Source of the DNA: an uncultured delta proteobacterium
GTDB taxonomy: Bacteria; Desulfobacterota; Desulfomonilia; UBA1062
Direction of reading: 5' to 3'
DNA length: 64,000 nt
Assembly: GCA_963798485.1 (NCBI GenBank)
Contig: CAWCTR010000016.1
Coordinates: 1 to 64,000 of the forward strand
The position numbers and the translations under genes were made by a program. Below the pieces are notes generated by a model. That model saw nothing but the letters and a program-made list of their open reading frames with translations, was not told the origin of the DNA and did not search any database. Below are positions 50,921 to 59,752 of this stretch, piece by piece. Every line of letters begins with the position of its first letter. The stretch's first letter is position 1.

Positions 50921-51667
50921 CTATCGGTTGGTTATTAAGCGTTGAAGGGCCTCCCTCGTAGAAGCCATATCAGGGGGCTTCACCTCCATGGTGATGGTTG
51001 AATCGTACCCGCTACGCAAGAGTGATGAGATGATAGCCTTATAATCCACGATCCCCTTCCCCAAGGCCAGGTGGAGATCGTCCTTCACACTTGTGCCCCC
51101 ATGGTTGTCATGGACATGTACATGCGCGATTCTCTCAAAACAGCTTTCTATGAAACCGAAGGAGGTGTTCTTCTTTGCAAGAAGCTGGGCATGGCCGATA
51201 TCCAGGGTCATCCTGAGATCGTCAATGGCATCGAATGCACCCTTGAAACTCTCGGCGCGCTCACTCAGGTTTTCAATACAGATAACAATGCCTGACTTGG
51301 AGGCATATCCGACAATCTCTTTGAGCAGTTCGAGCTTCGTTGCAATCAGCCCTTCAGGTGCCCATCTCTTGTCGATCCAGAAATGCAAGGTGGCCTTATG
51401 GATTGCAAGCTTTTTGGAGAGATCTATGAGTGCCTTGATCCGGGGTACGAACCGCTCTGATAGAATACCGGCATCAAAGGGATTATCCTCGTTGGGATAA
51501 TGGGCAAGATACGTGATGCCATAGTTTTCTTTCACCATAAGAAGCTCAGGCATCCAGTGCAAGACGGACTCAGGCTCGTCCAGCGACATCTCCACAAAGG
51601 GCAGGCCGAGCCTGCAAACCTCATGGATCTCCTCTAGGGTGTGTGCCCTGCCGCCGATAGTGACCAT
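50921..51667 (-). CDS. Sugar phosphate isomerase/epimerase (AP endonuclease 2-type TIM barrel)
   Basis: IENL, LDIGHA, HVHVHDN and DLHL motifs. Confidence 0.85.
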   Translation of the reverse strand: MVTIGGRAHTLEEIHEVCRLGLPFVEMSLDEPESVLHWMPELLMVKENYGITYLAHYPNEDNPFDAGILSERFVPRIKALIDLSKKLAIHKATLHFWIDKRWAPEGLIATKLELLKEIVGYASKSGIVICIENLSERAESFKGAFDAIDDLRMTLDIGHAQLLAKKNTSFGFIESCFERIAHVHVHDNHGGTSVKDDLHLALGKGIVDYKAIISSLLRSGYDSTITMEVKPPDMASTREALQRLITNR

Positions 51668-51684
51668 GTATCCTCCTCAAATGA

Positions 51685-52989
51685 TTATGGTCTTGTCTCG
51701 TCCATCCCTGTGAGCTTTTTTACCGTGAGTTCCATACCTGATAGGGACACAACCTTTACAAGGTCACCCACCTTCAAGGTTGAAGGGCCTTTGGCATTCC
51801 AGTACTCGCCGTGGCAGAAGACCTTGCCCGTGCCGTCTTCATTCCAGGCATACACCTGGGCAATCTCGCCTTTCAAGGCCTCTGCGCCAAGCTTGGGTGT
51901 GGTCTGCTGGGCCTTGACCACGAGGTATATAGTGGCGGCAAAAAATGCGGCAAAGAACAGGGTGACCGGCAAAATAAGGGCATAGGAAACCTGGGCATAG
52001 AGTTCAGGGGTCCTGAAGAGCAAAAGTGAGCCAAGCGTCATGGAGATGATGCCACCCACGGTGAGCAGGCCATAGCTCGGCACCTTGATCTCGGCAATGA
52101 ACATGATTACGGCCAGGAGGATAAGTCCGACCCCGGCATAATTCACCGGCAGGGTCTGGAAGGCAAAAAAGGCAAGGATCAGAGAGATCCCCCCGATGAC
52201 ACCCGGCAGGATAGCACCGGGGCTTGAGAGCTCGAAGTATATGCCTGCGAGGCCGATGAGCATGAGTATATAGGCGATATTCGGATTGGAGAGTGTGGAA
52301 AGCAGCCGGTACCTGAAACCCATGGGATTGTCCACAAGATTGGCCTGCTTTGTATTGAGCACAAAGGTTACAAGGTTCTTCTTGATCTTTCTTCCATGGA
52401 GCTGGTTCAGGAGGTCGGTCATATCCTGGGCCACAATATCAATGACCCCCTTGGTCAACGCCTCCTGGGCAGGCGTGGAAATGCTCTTCCGCACGATATC
52501 CTCCGCCCACTGTTCACTCCTTTTCCGCTCCCGGGCGATACTCTGGGCATAGGCGACAGCGTCATTGGTCACCTTGTTCACCATGGTGCTGTCTTTGCCC
52601 TCGTCGCCGCCACCGATGCCTACAGGGTGTGCAGCACCGATGTTGGTGCCCGGGGACATGGCGGCTATATCAGAGGCAAGGGTGATAAGCGCCCCGGCGG
52701 ATGCGGCCCGTGCACCCTTTGGGGAGACATAGACGATGACCGGGATAGAGGCGTTCATCTCCTTCTGGATGATATCACGCATGGCTGTGTCCAGACCTCC
52801 CGGGGTGTCCAGCCGGATGATGACGGCGGCCTTGTTGGTGGCCAGGGCGTTATCGATGTTCTCCATGATATAGGAGGCGATGGGCGGGCTGATGGCGTCC
52901 TTGACCTCGATGACAAGGATATCGGATGCACTGAGACGACCCGGCGCACAGAGCAGCATAAAAACCAAGACCCAGAGTATGCTACCCAC
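51685..52989 (-). CDS. nfeD: NfeD membrane-bound serine protease (long form)
   Basis: LDTPGG, ARAASAG and NIGAAHPV motifs, a TM bundle and a C-terminal OB fold (GEYWNA). The start is approximate. Confidence 0.9.
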   Translation of the reverse strand: MGSILWVLVFMLLCAPGRLSASDILVIEVKDAISPPIASYIMENIDNALATNKAAVIIRLDTPGGLDTAMRDIIQKEMNASIPVIVYVSPKGARAASAGALITLASDIAAMSPGTNIGAAHPVGIGGGDEGKDSTMVNKVTNDAVAYAQSIARERKRSEQWAEDIVRKSISTPAQEALTKGVIDIVAQDMTDLLNQLHGRKIKKNLVTFVLNTKQANLVDNPMGFRYRLLSTLSNPNIAYILMLIGLAGIYFELSSPGAILPGVIGGISLILAFFAFQTLPVNYAGVGLILLAVIMFIAEIKVPSYGLLTVGGIISMTLGSLLLFRTPELYAQVSYALILPVTLFFAAFFAATIYLVVKAQQTTPKLGAEALKGEIAQVYAWNEDGTGKVFCHGEYWNAKGPSTLKVGDLVKVVSLSGMELTVKKLTGMDETRP

Positions 52990-52991
52990 GT

Positions 52992-53663
52992 TTACCTGAT
53001 ACCGAGCACTTCCATGACCTTCTTGATATCTTCCCATACATCCCTCTTTTTCGATGGGTTCTGCAACAGATAACTCGGATGATAGGTCGGCATTGTCAGG
53101 ATTCCTTGGTACTCCTTGAATGTCCCTCTCAGCTTACTTATGGGAGTGGTTTCATCAAGGAGGGTATGGGTTGCTATCCTGCCCAAGGCTACAATGATCT
53201 GCGGATGAACGGCCCTGATCTGCGCATGGAGAAATCCTATACATGCGGCCACTTCATCGGGTAGCGGGTCTCTGTTGGCAGGGGGCCGGCACTTAAGGAT
53301 ATTGGCTATGAAGACGTCCGGCCTCTTCAAACCCATTCCCTTTTCGATGATGTTTGTCAGGAGGTTGCCTGCTGGGCCCACGAATGGCCTCCCTGTCTCG
53401 TCCTCCACTGCACCGGGGGCCTCGCCGATGAACATGACCCGTGCATCGGGATTACCCTCTCCGAATACAGCATTATTTCTGGTATGGCATAAGCCACAGG
53501 AGGTACAGTCACTGACCATCTTCCGGATGCGTTCCAGCTCATGCCCTGCCCCAAGATGGGCATGAGGGACCGAAGGCTTGGAGACCGCCGGCTCCGGTAG
53601 TATGAGAAAAGGACCTGTCCACCTTGCCTCATCACGCAGGAGCTGGATAATCTGTTCCCTCAC
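52992..53663 (-). CDS. Uracil-DNA glycosylase, family 4
   Basis: CTSCGL, GEAPG, PFVG, KCRPP and YHPSYLL motifs. Confidence 0.93.
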   Translation of the reverse strand: MREQIIQLLRDEARWTGPFLILPEPAVSKPSVPHAHLGAGHELERIRKMVSDCTSCGLCHTRNNAVFGEGNPDARVMFIGEAPGAVEDETGRPFVGPAGNLLTNIIEKGMGLKRPDVFIANILKCRPPANRDPLPDEVAACIGFLHAQIRAVHPQIIVALGRIATHTLLDETTPISKLRGTFKEYQGILTMPTYHPSYLLQNPSKKRDVWEDIKKVMEVLGIR

Positions 53664-54874
53664 AGTCTCTCTTTCACAAGATCCAAGATCTTGTGGGCCA
53701 GAACTTCTTTTCCCATGTGTTCGAAATCGTAGATCACACCCTCGGCAGAGAGGATAACGCCGCTGTTTGTGTCCGATGCAAACCCGGTGTTCATCTCTCC
53801 CACCCGGTTTGCCACAATCATGTCCAGCCCCTTCCTGATCATCTTGTCCTGTGCGTAGCTCTTGAGGTTTTCCGTCTCGGCGGCAAAACCGACAAATATT
53901 TTTGATTCCTTTAACGTACGTATTGTTGCAAGGATGTCCGGCGTTGATGCAAGCTCGATATGGGCTGACTTCTCCCCCTTCTTGATCTTGCTCTTGGAGT
54001 AGGTATGGGGGGTGTAGTCCGCCACTGCTGCAGCCATGATGAGTACATCCGCATCAGAGAGGTTCTCCTTGACACGCTCAAGCATCTCCTGGGCGGATCG
54101 GACATTGATCACCGTGGCCCATGGGGCATACTCCACCATCACAGGCCCGCTGATCACTTTCAGCTTTGCTCCCCGTGTACAGGCATCCTCAACAATGGCC
54201 GCCCCCATCTTGCCTGTGGACCTATTGGTTATAAAACGCACCGGATCGATGTCCTCGCATGTAGGGCCTGAGGTGATAAGGATGTTGATGCCTGCCAGGT
54301 CGTGCTGTGCAAGCAGAAGTTTAACCTCTTCGGTGATCCGAACGGGCTCCGGCAACCTCCCCGCCCCTTCCCATCCGCACGCAAGCTCACCTGTTGATGG
54401 TTCAAGCACATGGATACCCCTGGCCTTGATGGCATCCAGATTATCCTGGGTTGCCCTGTTGGCAAGCATGTTCACGTTCATGGACGGGCAGACAAGGACA
54501 GGCGCCTTTGTAGCCAGAACCGTACAGGTCAACAGGTCATCCGCAATGCCATGGGCGAGTTTTGCAATAAAGTTCGCTGTGGCAGGTGCGATAAGAAAAA
54601 GATCCGCCTTGTCGGCCAGCACGATATGCTCGATTTCATGGGATGTCCCGGAAACCTCGGCAAACATTTCCGTATTCACGGGTCTGCCGCTTAGCGTCTG
54701 AAGGACAAGGGGAGTTACAAAGTGCCGGGCGGCTTCGGTCATCACCACGTGCACGTCCAGCCCAAGCCGCTTGAGACCGCGCACGATAAGCGGCGCCTTA
54801 TAAGCCGCTATCCCTCCTGTTATTCCGAATACGACGGTCTTGCCCTCTATATCTTCTCCTGCGGCACCACCCAT
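53660..54874 (-). CDS. coaBC: Phosphopantothenoylcysteine decarboxylase/ligase
   Basis: GGIAAYK, APATAN, DPVRFITNRSTGKMG and GFAAET motifs. Confidence 0.96.
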   Translation of the reverse strand: MGGAAGEDIEGKTVVFGITGGIAAYKAPLIVRGLKRLGLDVHVVMTEAARHFVTPLVLQTLSGRPVNTEMFAEVSGTSHEIEHIVLADKADLFLIAPATANFIAKLAHGIADDLLTCTVLATKAPVLVCPSMNVNMLANRATQDNLDAIKARGIHVLEPSTGELACGWEGAGRLPEPVRITEEVKLLLAQHDLAGINILITSGPTCEDIDPVRFITNRSTGKMGAAIVEDACTRGAKLKVISGPVMVEYAPWATVINVRSAQEMLERVKENLSDADVLIMAAAVADYTPHTYSKSKIKKGEKSAHIELASTPDILATIRTLKESKIFVGFAAETENLKSYAQDKMIRKGLDMIVANRVGEMNTGFASDTNSGVILSAEGVIYDFEHMGKEVLAHKILDLVKERL

Positions 54875-55263
54875 AGCTCCACCCTTGTAGCAAGAGGATT
54901 CTCTTCAATAAGTATTGAGGCAAACCTGTCCGGTTTCTTGAAGAAGAGTTTAACAGTCCCCTCGAATTTATACTGGTTCAAGGACACCCAGCCTTCAGAG
55001 TTCATGGAGGTAATGAAAAACTGGGAAAGCGATTCCACCTCCACCCGGCCTGATACCACAAGTTTACCGAACCCATTCGTAATATTACATTCTTTGGCCA
55101 CCCTCTCAAGCTCACCGGGGATCAGGATATCGGCAAAGTCGAGATACCTCGGCGACGGACGTGTCTCCTGTGAAGAAGACCCACCGGAAGCGGCGTTCTT
55201 TAACTGGGCGCAACCGGAGAGCATAAGCACTAAAACAAGACTTATCCAAACAGTTTTTCTCAT
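54847..55263 (-). CDS. Putative lipoprotein
   Basis: Lipobox LSGC after a hydrophobic signal. Confidence 0.75.
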   Translation of the reverse strand: MRKTVWISLVLVLMLSGCAQLKNAASGGSSSQETRPSPRYLDFADILIPGELERVAKECNITNGFGKLVVSGRVEVESLSQFFITSMNSEGWVSLNQYKFEGTVKLFFKKPDRFASILIEENPLATRVELWVVPQEKI

Positions 55264-55274
55264 TGTTCTCCTCC

Positions 55275-55901
55275 CTAAAGGAATGGATTATATTTGCGCT
55301 CGGCCCCTACGGTAGTTGCAGGGCCGTGTCCGGGCAATACCTTCACCTCATCCCCTAAGGGCAACAGCTTGGTCTTGATGGAGGCGATCAACGTATGGTA
55401 ATCCCCGCCGGGCAGGTCTGTCCTTCCGATGGAACCTGCAAAGAGGGTGTCTCCTGCAAAACAGATTTTTTTGTCCGAGGTGACAAGGGTAATGCCTCCC
55501 GGAGAATGCCCTGGGGTCTCAAGGACGCTCAAAGAAATACCATTGCCGAAAGAGATCTCTTCCCCTTCGCTTAAGAACCGGTCAGGGTCCGGTGGTTGTT
55601 CGATCCGGACCCCGAAGAGCCTGCCCATACGCGACGCTGCCTGTAACAGAGGCAATTCGTCTTTATGCATCATGATCTGGGCGCCTGTTGCGTCCTTGAT
55701 CTCCCTGATAGCCCCTATATGGTCTACATGGGCATGGGTGTTCACAACAGCAATAACCTTTAAACCCATGGCATCAATCTGTTTCAATATCATTTCCGCT
55801 TCTCCGCCAGGGTCTATGACAACAGCCTGAAGCGTCTGTTCATCCCCAAGAATAAAACAGTTCGTCATGAATTCAGTAACCACTACCGTATTTAACAACA
55901 T
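55275..55901 (-). CDS. MBL-fold metallo-hydrolase (glyoxalase II-like)
   Basis: THAHVDH, TPGHSPG, GDTLF and PGHG motifs. Confidence 0.92.
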   Translation of the reverse strand: MLLNTVVVTEFMTNCFILGDEQTLQAVVIDPGGEAEMILKQIDAMGLKVIAVVNTHAHVDHIGAIREIKDATGAQIMMHKDELPLLQAASRMGRLFGVRIEQPPDPDRFLSEGEEISFGNGISLSVLETPGHSPGGITLVTSDKKICFAGDTLFAGSIGRTDLPGGDYHTLIASIKTKLLPLGDEVKVLPGHGPATTVGAERKYNPFL

Positions 55902-56028
55902 CTACTTCCCCCGGCCCTTTAAAGCCTGAATTCCTCCAGAAAACCTATCAAATCTTCAACACCCTTATACAATAGTATACCAGCCAGCTTAGGTCAACTG
56001 CCATAACCCTTTCCTTTGTGAATATTTG

Positions 56029-56054
56029 AGGGTGTATATATAGGGTGTATATAT
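56029..56054. repeat. 13-bp tandem direct repeat upstream of the sigma-54 activator
   Basis: AGGGTGTATATAT in two copies. Confidence 0.6.
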
Positions 56055-56099
56055 ATAGAGGTAAAGTTTTCAGCACGCAAATCCGATTACAATACTGTT

Positions 56100-57491
56100 A
56101 TGGCACACATCCTCATTGTAGAAGACGACATCAATCTGGGACAGGTTATTTTCCAGGAACTTAAACGACACAACCACGAGGTTGAACTCGTGGAAAATGC
56201 CGAAGCGGCCCTCGTTCGTTTGGGAAAATATATCTATGACCTCATGCTCACCGATCTCAAGCTGCCGGGTATTGACGGTATAGAGCTCCTCAAGCGGGTC
56301 AAGGCTACCAACCCCACCACCATTGTGCTCGTGATGACCGGATATGCCTCGGTAGACACTGCGGTTGTTGCCATGAAAAACGGGGCCCAGGATTTTATCC
56401 AGAAGCCCTTCGGCCTGCACGAACTCGTGCAAAAAATCGATGACGCCCTGGCTATCAAGCGGATGAAAAACGAGATCGACTACCTCAGGCATGCCCAGGG
56501 AGACCTCATCTATCGCACTGCCGACATTGTCGGGGTAAGCACTGCCCTCAAGAAGGTGCTCAAACTGGTTGAAAAGGTGGCAAAGGCCGATTCCACCATG
56601 CTCGTCACCGGTGAGACAGGTGTAGGGAAAGGACTCATTGCAGGGGCCATTCACCATAACTCAAGCCGGAGTGGGAATAATTTTGTTCAGGTTAACTGTG
56701 CAGCCCTACCTCAGAATATCCTCGAAAGCGAGCTCTTCGGGCACGAAAAGGGCGCCTTCACCGGGGCCATACGAATGAGGGTAGGCAGGGTGGAGCAGGC
56801 AAACATGGGGACAATCTTCCTCGACGAGATCGGCGATATGGATCTGGGCCTGCAATCCAAGATATTACGGGTCCTGGAAGAGAGAGAATTTGAGAGGGTC
56901 GGGGGGGAAAAAACCATAAAGGTGGATGTCCGGGTAATCACAGCAACCAACCAGGACCTGCACTCCCTTGTTGAACAGGGGAAATTCCGCGAGGACCTGT
57001 ATTACCGGATCAATGTAGTCAATATCCACATCCCGCCCATCCGCCAACGCAAGGAGGACATAGAGCCTCTGGTAACCTACTTCATCAGCAAGTATTGCAG
57101 GGAATTCAACAAACCCCAGATGGATATCGACCCTCAAGCATTGGCCGCCATTACCGAGTATGACTGGCCGGGAAATGTCAGAGAGATCAGGAATTGCATC
57201 GAACGGGCCGTACTGCTTGCCGAGGGTGAAACGATCAGGCATCAGGACATTTCCATTCTGCATCCGGGATCGATCCAAACCGCCCCTGTACATGACGGCG
57301 GCAATGGGGACCAGAAAAGGTCCATGTCAACCCTGGCGCTATCGGAACGTGATATGATCCTGGAAGCGCTCAGGAAAAACGACTGGATACAGAAAGAAGC
57401 AGCGAGCTCGCTGGGGATCAGCAAGAGGGTGATCCATTATAAGATCAGGAAATACGGCATTACACACCCCAGGTGGATCAAGAACCGATAA
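56100..57491 (+). CDS. Sigma-54-dependent response regulator (NtrC/AtoC family)
   Basis: Receiver domain, GETGVGK, GAFTGA, FLDEIGD, WPGNVRE and a Fis-type HTH. Confidence 0.95.
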   Translation: MAHILIVEDDINLGQVIFQELKRHNHEVELVENAEAALVRLGKYIYDLMLTDLKLPGIDGIELLKRVKATNPTTIVLVMTGYASVDTAVVAMKNGAQDFIQKPFGLHELVQKIDDALAIKRMKNEIDYLRHAQGDLIYRTADIVGVSTALKKVLKLVEKVAKADSTMLVTGETGVGKGLIAGAIHHNSSRSGNNFVQVNCAALPQNILESELFGHEKGAFTGAIRMRVGRVEQANMGTIFLDEIGDMDLGLQSKILRVLEEREFERVGGEKTIKVDVRVITATNQDLHSLVEQGKFREDLYYRINVVNIHIPPIRQRKEDIEPLVTYFISKYCREFNKPQMDIDPQALAAITEYDWPGNVREIRNCIERAVLLAEGETIRHQDISILHPGSIQTAPVHDGGNGDQKRSMSTLALSERDMILEALRKNDWIQKEAASSLGISKRVIHYKIRKYGITHPRWIKNR

Positions 57492-59334
57492 GATCCACGT
57501 AAAGGGATGCAACGTCTGGATCCAGCGTCCTGCCCGACATGGCACACAGCTCTCTCAGCGCCTCTTCATGCCTTATCTGCGCCCGGTAGAGCCTTGGTGT
57601 GGTCATTGCATTATATGTATCCACCACCCTCATGGCCCGGGCGGCCAGTGGAATATCCTCCCCTTTGAGTCCCCGCGGAAAACCGCTGCCGTCGAAATTC
57701 TCATGGTGATATATCAGCAGGTCCTCATCAATATTGAGGACAGTCACGTCCTTGAGGATGCGCGAGGTAATAATGGGGTGGCTGTCAAGCTTCTTTTTAT
57801 CAAAGGGGGTAAGGTCGCCTTTTATAAACAGGGTTGTCGGTATGCCAAGGTATCCGATATTGGCAGCCAGAGAAGAATTGGCCCACTGATTCGCGATTCT
57901 GTCTCCTACCCCCATCTCCTTGGCAAGTGAAAAGATCTGGTCGGCGACCTTCAGAGAGAACCCCATGGGGTATCCTGCACGTAGGTCGCATATGATTGAT
58001 GCCGTGTTTAAGATGCCCATATACCAGTTCTGGATATCCGTATCAAAACCTGTGGCAACAGCCCAGGCAGGGGTAATAAATGTGGTGATCCACTCGAAGA
58101 TGTCCTGGGGCAATCCTTCCTGGTGAAGGTACCCAAGCTCATTGCCCTCCCAGGCTACAGGTATCCCCGGGGCTTCATGCCGGAGGGACACCTCGTCTGC
58201 CTGGCACTGGATCTTGATAAGGTTCAACAGCTCATCAAGCGCCTTCAGGGATGGCCCTGATTGGAGGAGCTTCTTCATACGGAGCTCCAGCGAGATATTC
58301 ACCTGCTTCATGGCCCCGGCCTGTGAAAAAGTGGCTACATGGGTCCCTTTCTTTTTTGCATGGGACAAGGCCTGGTGTACGACATTAATAATCCCTTTTG
58401 CATCCTGGGCTTCATCGGGCAGGGTTGCCACCCCTATGGTCATGGTATCTGCAAGATCCGCCCCGAGACTCAGGGTGGCCTTATGCAAGACACTGACTGC
58501 ATCTCGCGCTGTGCAACCGGGCAAGATCACAAAGAAGCTGAGTTCTTCGTACCTTAATACCTTGTCATAGCAACGAAGCCCCTCCTGTATCCTCTTGGCT
58601 AATATCTTGAGGGTCCTTACGCCTTCGGGAAGATGCTGATACAGACCGAATTTGTCTCTATTTTCTATCTCAATGATCGCAACGCTTAACGGAAAGCTGA
58701 GTCTCTTGGAAAGCTCCTCGTATTGATGCAGGATATCCAGGAGGATATGCCTCTGGGGGATATCAATACGGACATCCAGCGCATCATCGAACTCCTTTTC
58801 AGGGGCCATGACTTTCTTAAGCACCTTCTCCGAACTCAGCAGGAGGTGCTTGGTCAGGATGAGATCATTCATGCAAAAAGGGCTTTTACCTTTCCTGAAA
58901 AGCTCTACGCACCCGATGATCTTGGTATCCTTGTAGATAGGAAGCCCGATCATGGATGTACAACTGATGGGAAGCTCATCGTTGCTGAGCCCTGCCCGGG
59001 ACATTTCCGGGACGAGAATGGGCCTTGCCATCTCCCGGATGGCATTGGTAAAGATGTCACCCTTTTCGATATTGCCGGGGATCTCCCCCTGTAATCCCCG
59101 GCAGAACCAGGCATCCTGCGGTTCCCAAAGGTAGACAAAGGCAACATCATAAGGGGTAATATGGCCTATGTAATTGAGGAAAAGGTCCGATATCTTCTCG
59201 ATCCTTACCTCCACATCGGACAAGAGTGAAACCTGGAAAAGCAAAGGGATTATACTTGCATTATTTTTTATGAATTCAGGTGAGAGTTCAAGTGTTTGAT
59301 CAACAATATATTCATTCAATCTATCAGGCCACAT
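57478..59334 (-). CDS. GAF + degenerate GGDEF + degenerate HD-GYP protein
   Basis: GAF (IGLPIY..IIGCV); RYEELSF in place of RxGGDEF; ANIG in place of HDIG; HHENFDGSGFP motif. Confidence 0.8.
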   Translation of the reverse strand: MWPDRLNEYIVDQTLELSPEFIKNNASIIPLLFQVSLLSDVEVRIEKISDLFLNYIGHITPYDVAFVYLWEPQDAWFCRGLQGEIPGNIEKGDIFTNAIREMARPILVPEMSRAGLSNDELPISCTSMIGLPIYKDTKIIGCVELFRKGKSPFCMNDLILTKHLLLSSEKVLKKVMAPEKEFDDALDVRIDIPQRHILLDILHQYEELSKRLSFPLSVAIIEIENRDKFGLYQHLPEGVRTLKILAKRIQEGLRCYDKVLRYEELSFFVILPGCTARDAVSVLHKATLSLGADLADTMTIGVATLPDEAQDAKGIINVVHQALSHAKKKGTHVATFSQAGAMKQVNISLELRMKKLLQSGPSLKALDELLNLIKIQCQADEVSLRHEAPGIPVAWEGNELGYLHQEGLPQDIFEWITTFITPAWAVATGFDTDIQNWYMGILNTASIICDLRAGYPMGFSLKVADQIFSLAKEMGVGDRIANQWANSSLAANIGYLGIPTTLFIKGDLTPFDKKKLDSHPIITSRILKDVTVLNIDEDLLIYHHENFDGSGFPRGLKGEDIPLAARAMRVVDTYNAMTTPRLYRAQIRHEEALRELCAMSGRTLDPDVASLYVDLIGS

Positions 59335-59396
59335 AGTAATTCCCGTCTTCTCCCCAAAATTGTATTATAACAATAAGTTAGATATACCCAGGGGCT

Positions 59397-59522
59397 TTAT
59401 ATACGAGTCTGTTGCGTATACCAGTATGATTCGAACTCTCGACAGGCCTTTTTCAGATCACGCAAGGTCCTGATGCCCAACCTTCCGAGCTGTTCGAGAA
59501 TCTCTCTCCTGGTAAGCCACAC
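59397..59522 (-). CDS. Putative 41-aa small protein, absent from the ORF track
   Basis: GTG start after a G-rich SD-like run; translates as MWLTRREILEQLGRLGIRTLRDLKKACREFESYWYTQQTRI; lies directly downstream of a sigma-54 promoter. Confidence 0.55.
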   Translation of the reverse strand: MWLTRREILEQLGRLGIRTLRDLKKACREFESYWYTQQTRI

Positions 59523-59565
59523 GATGAAGACCCCCCATGCCTTTCTTTATCTTCCCAATAATAGG

Positions 59566-59581
59566 TGCAAACATGGTGCCA
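59566..59581 (-). promoter_or_regulatory. Sigma-54 (-24/-12) promoter
   Basis: The minus strand reads TGGCAC-CATGT-TTGCA with exact GG-N10-GC spacing, in an intergenic region with AT-rich sequence upstream. Confidence 0.8.
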
Positions 59582-59752
59582 CAGGTCAAATATAACGCAT
59601 CATATTGATATTATAACTGTTAAATTACTTTTGGCCTTCTGAGGATTGATTCACTAATAGAACTTTTCTTACTCTTTATAAGAAATAAATTTCATACCGC
59701 GAACACATTGTGCTGTCATAAGAAATCAATATCCGCAAGTATATAGGTCTGA

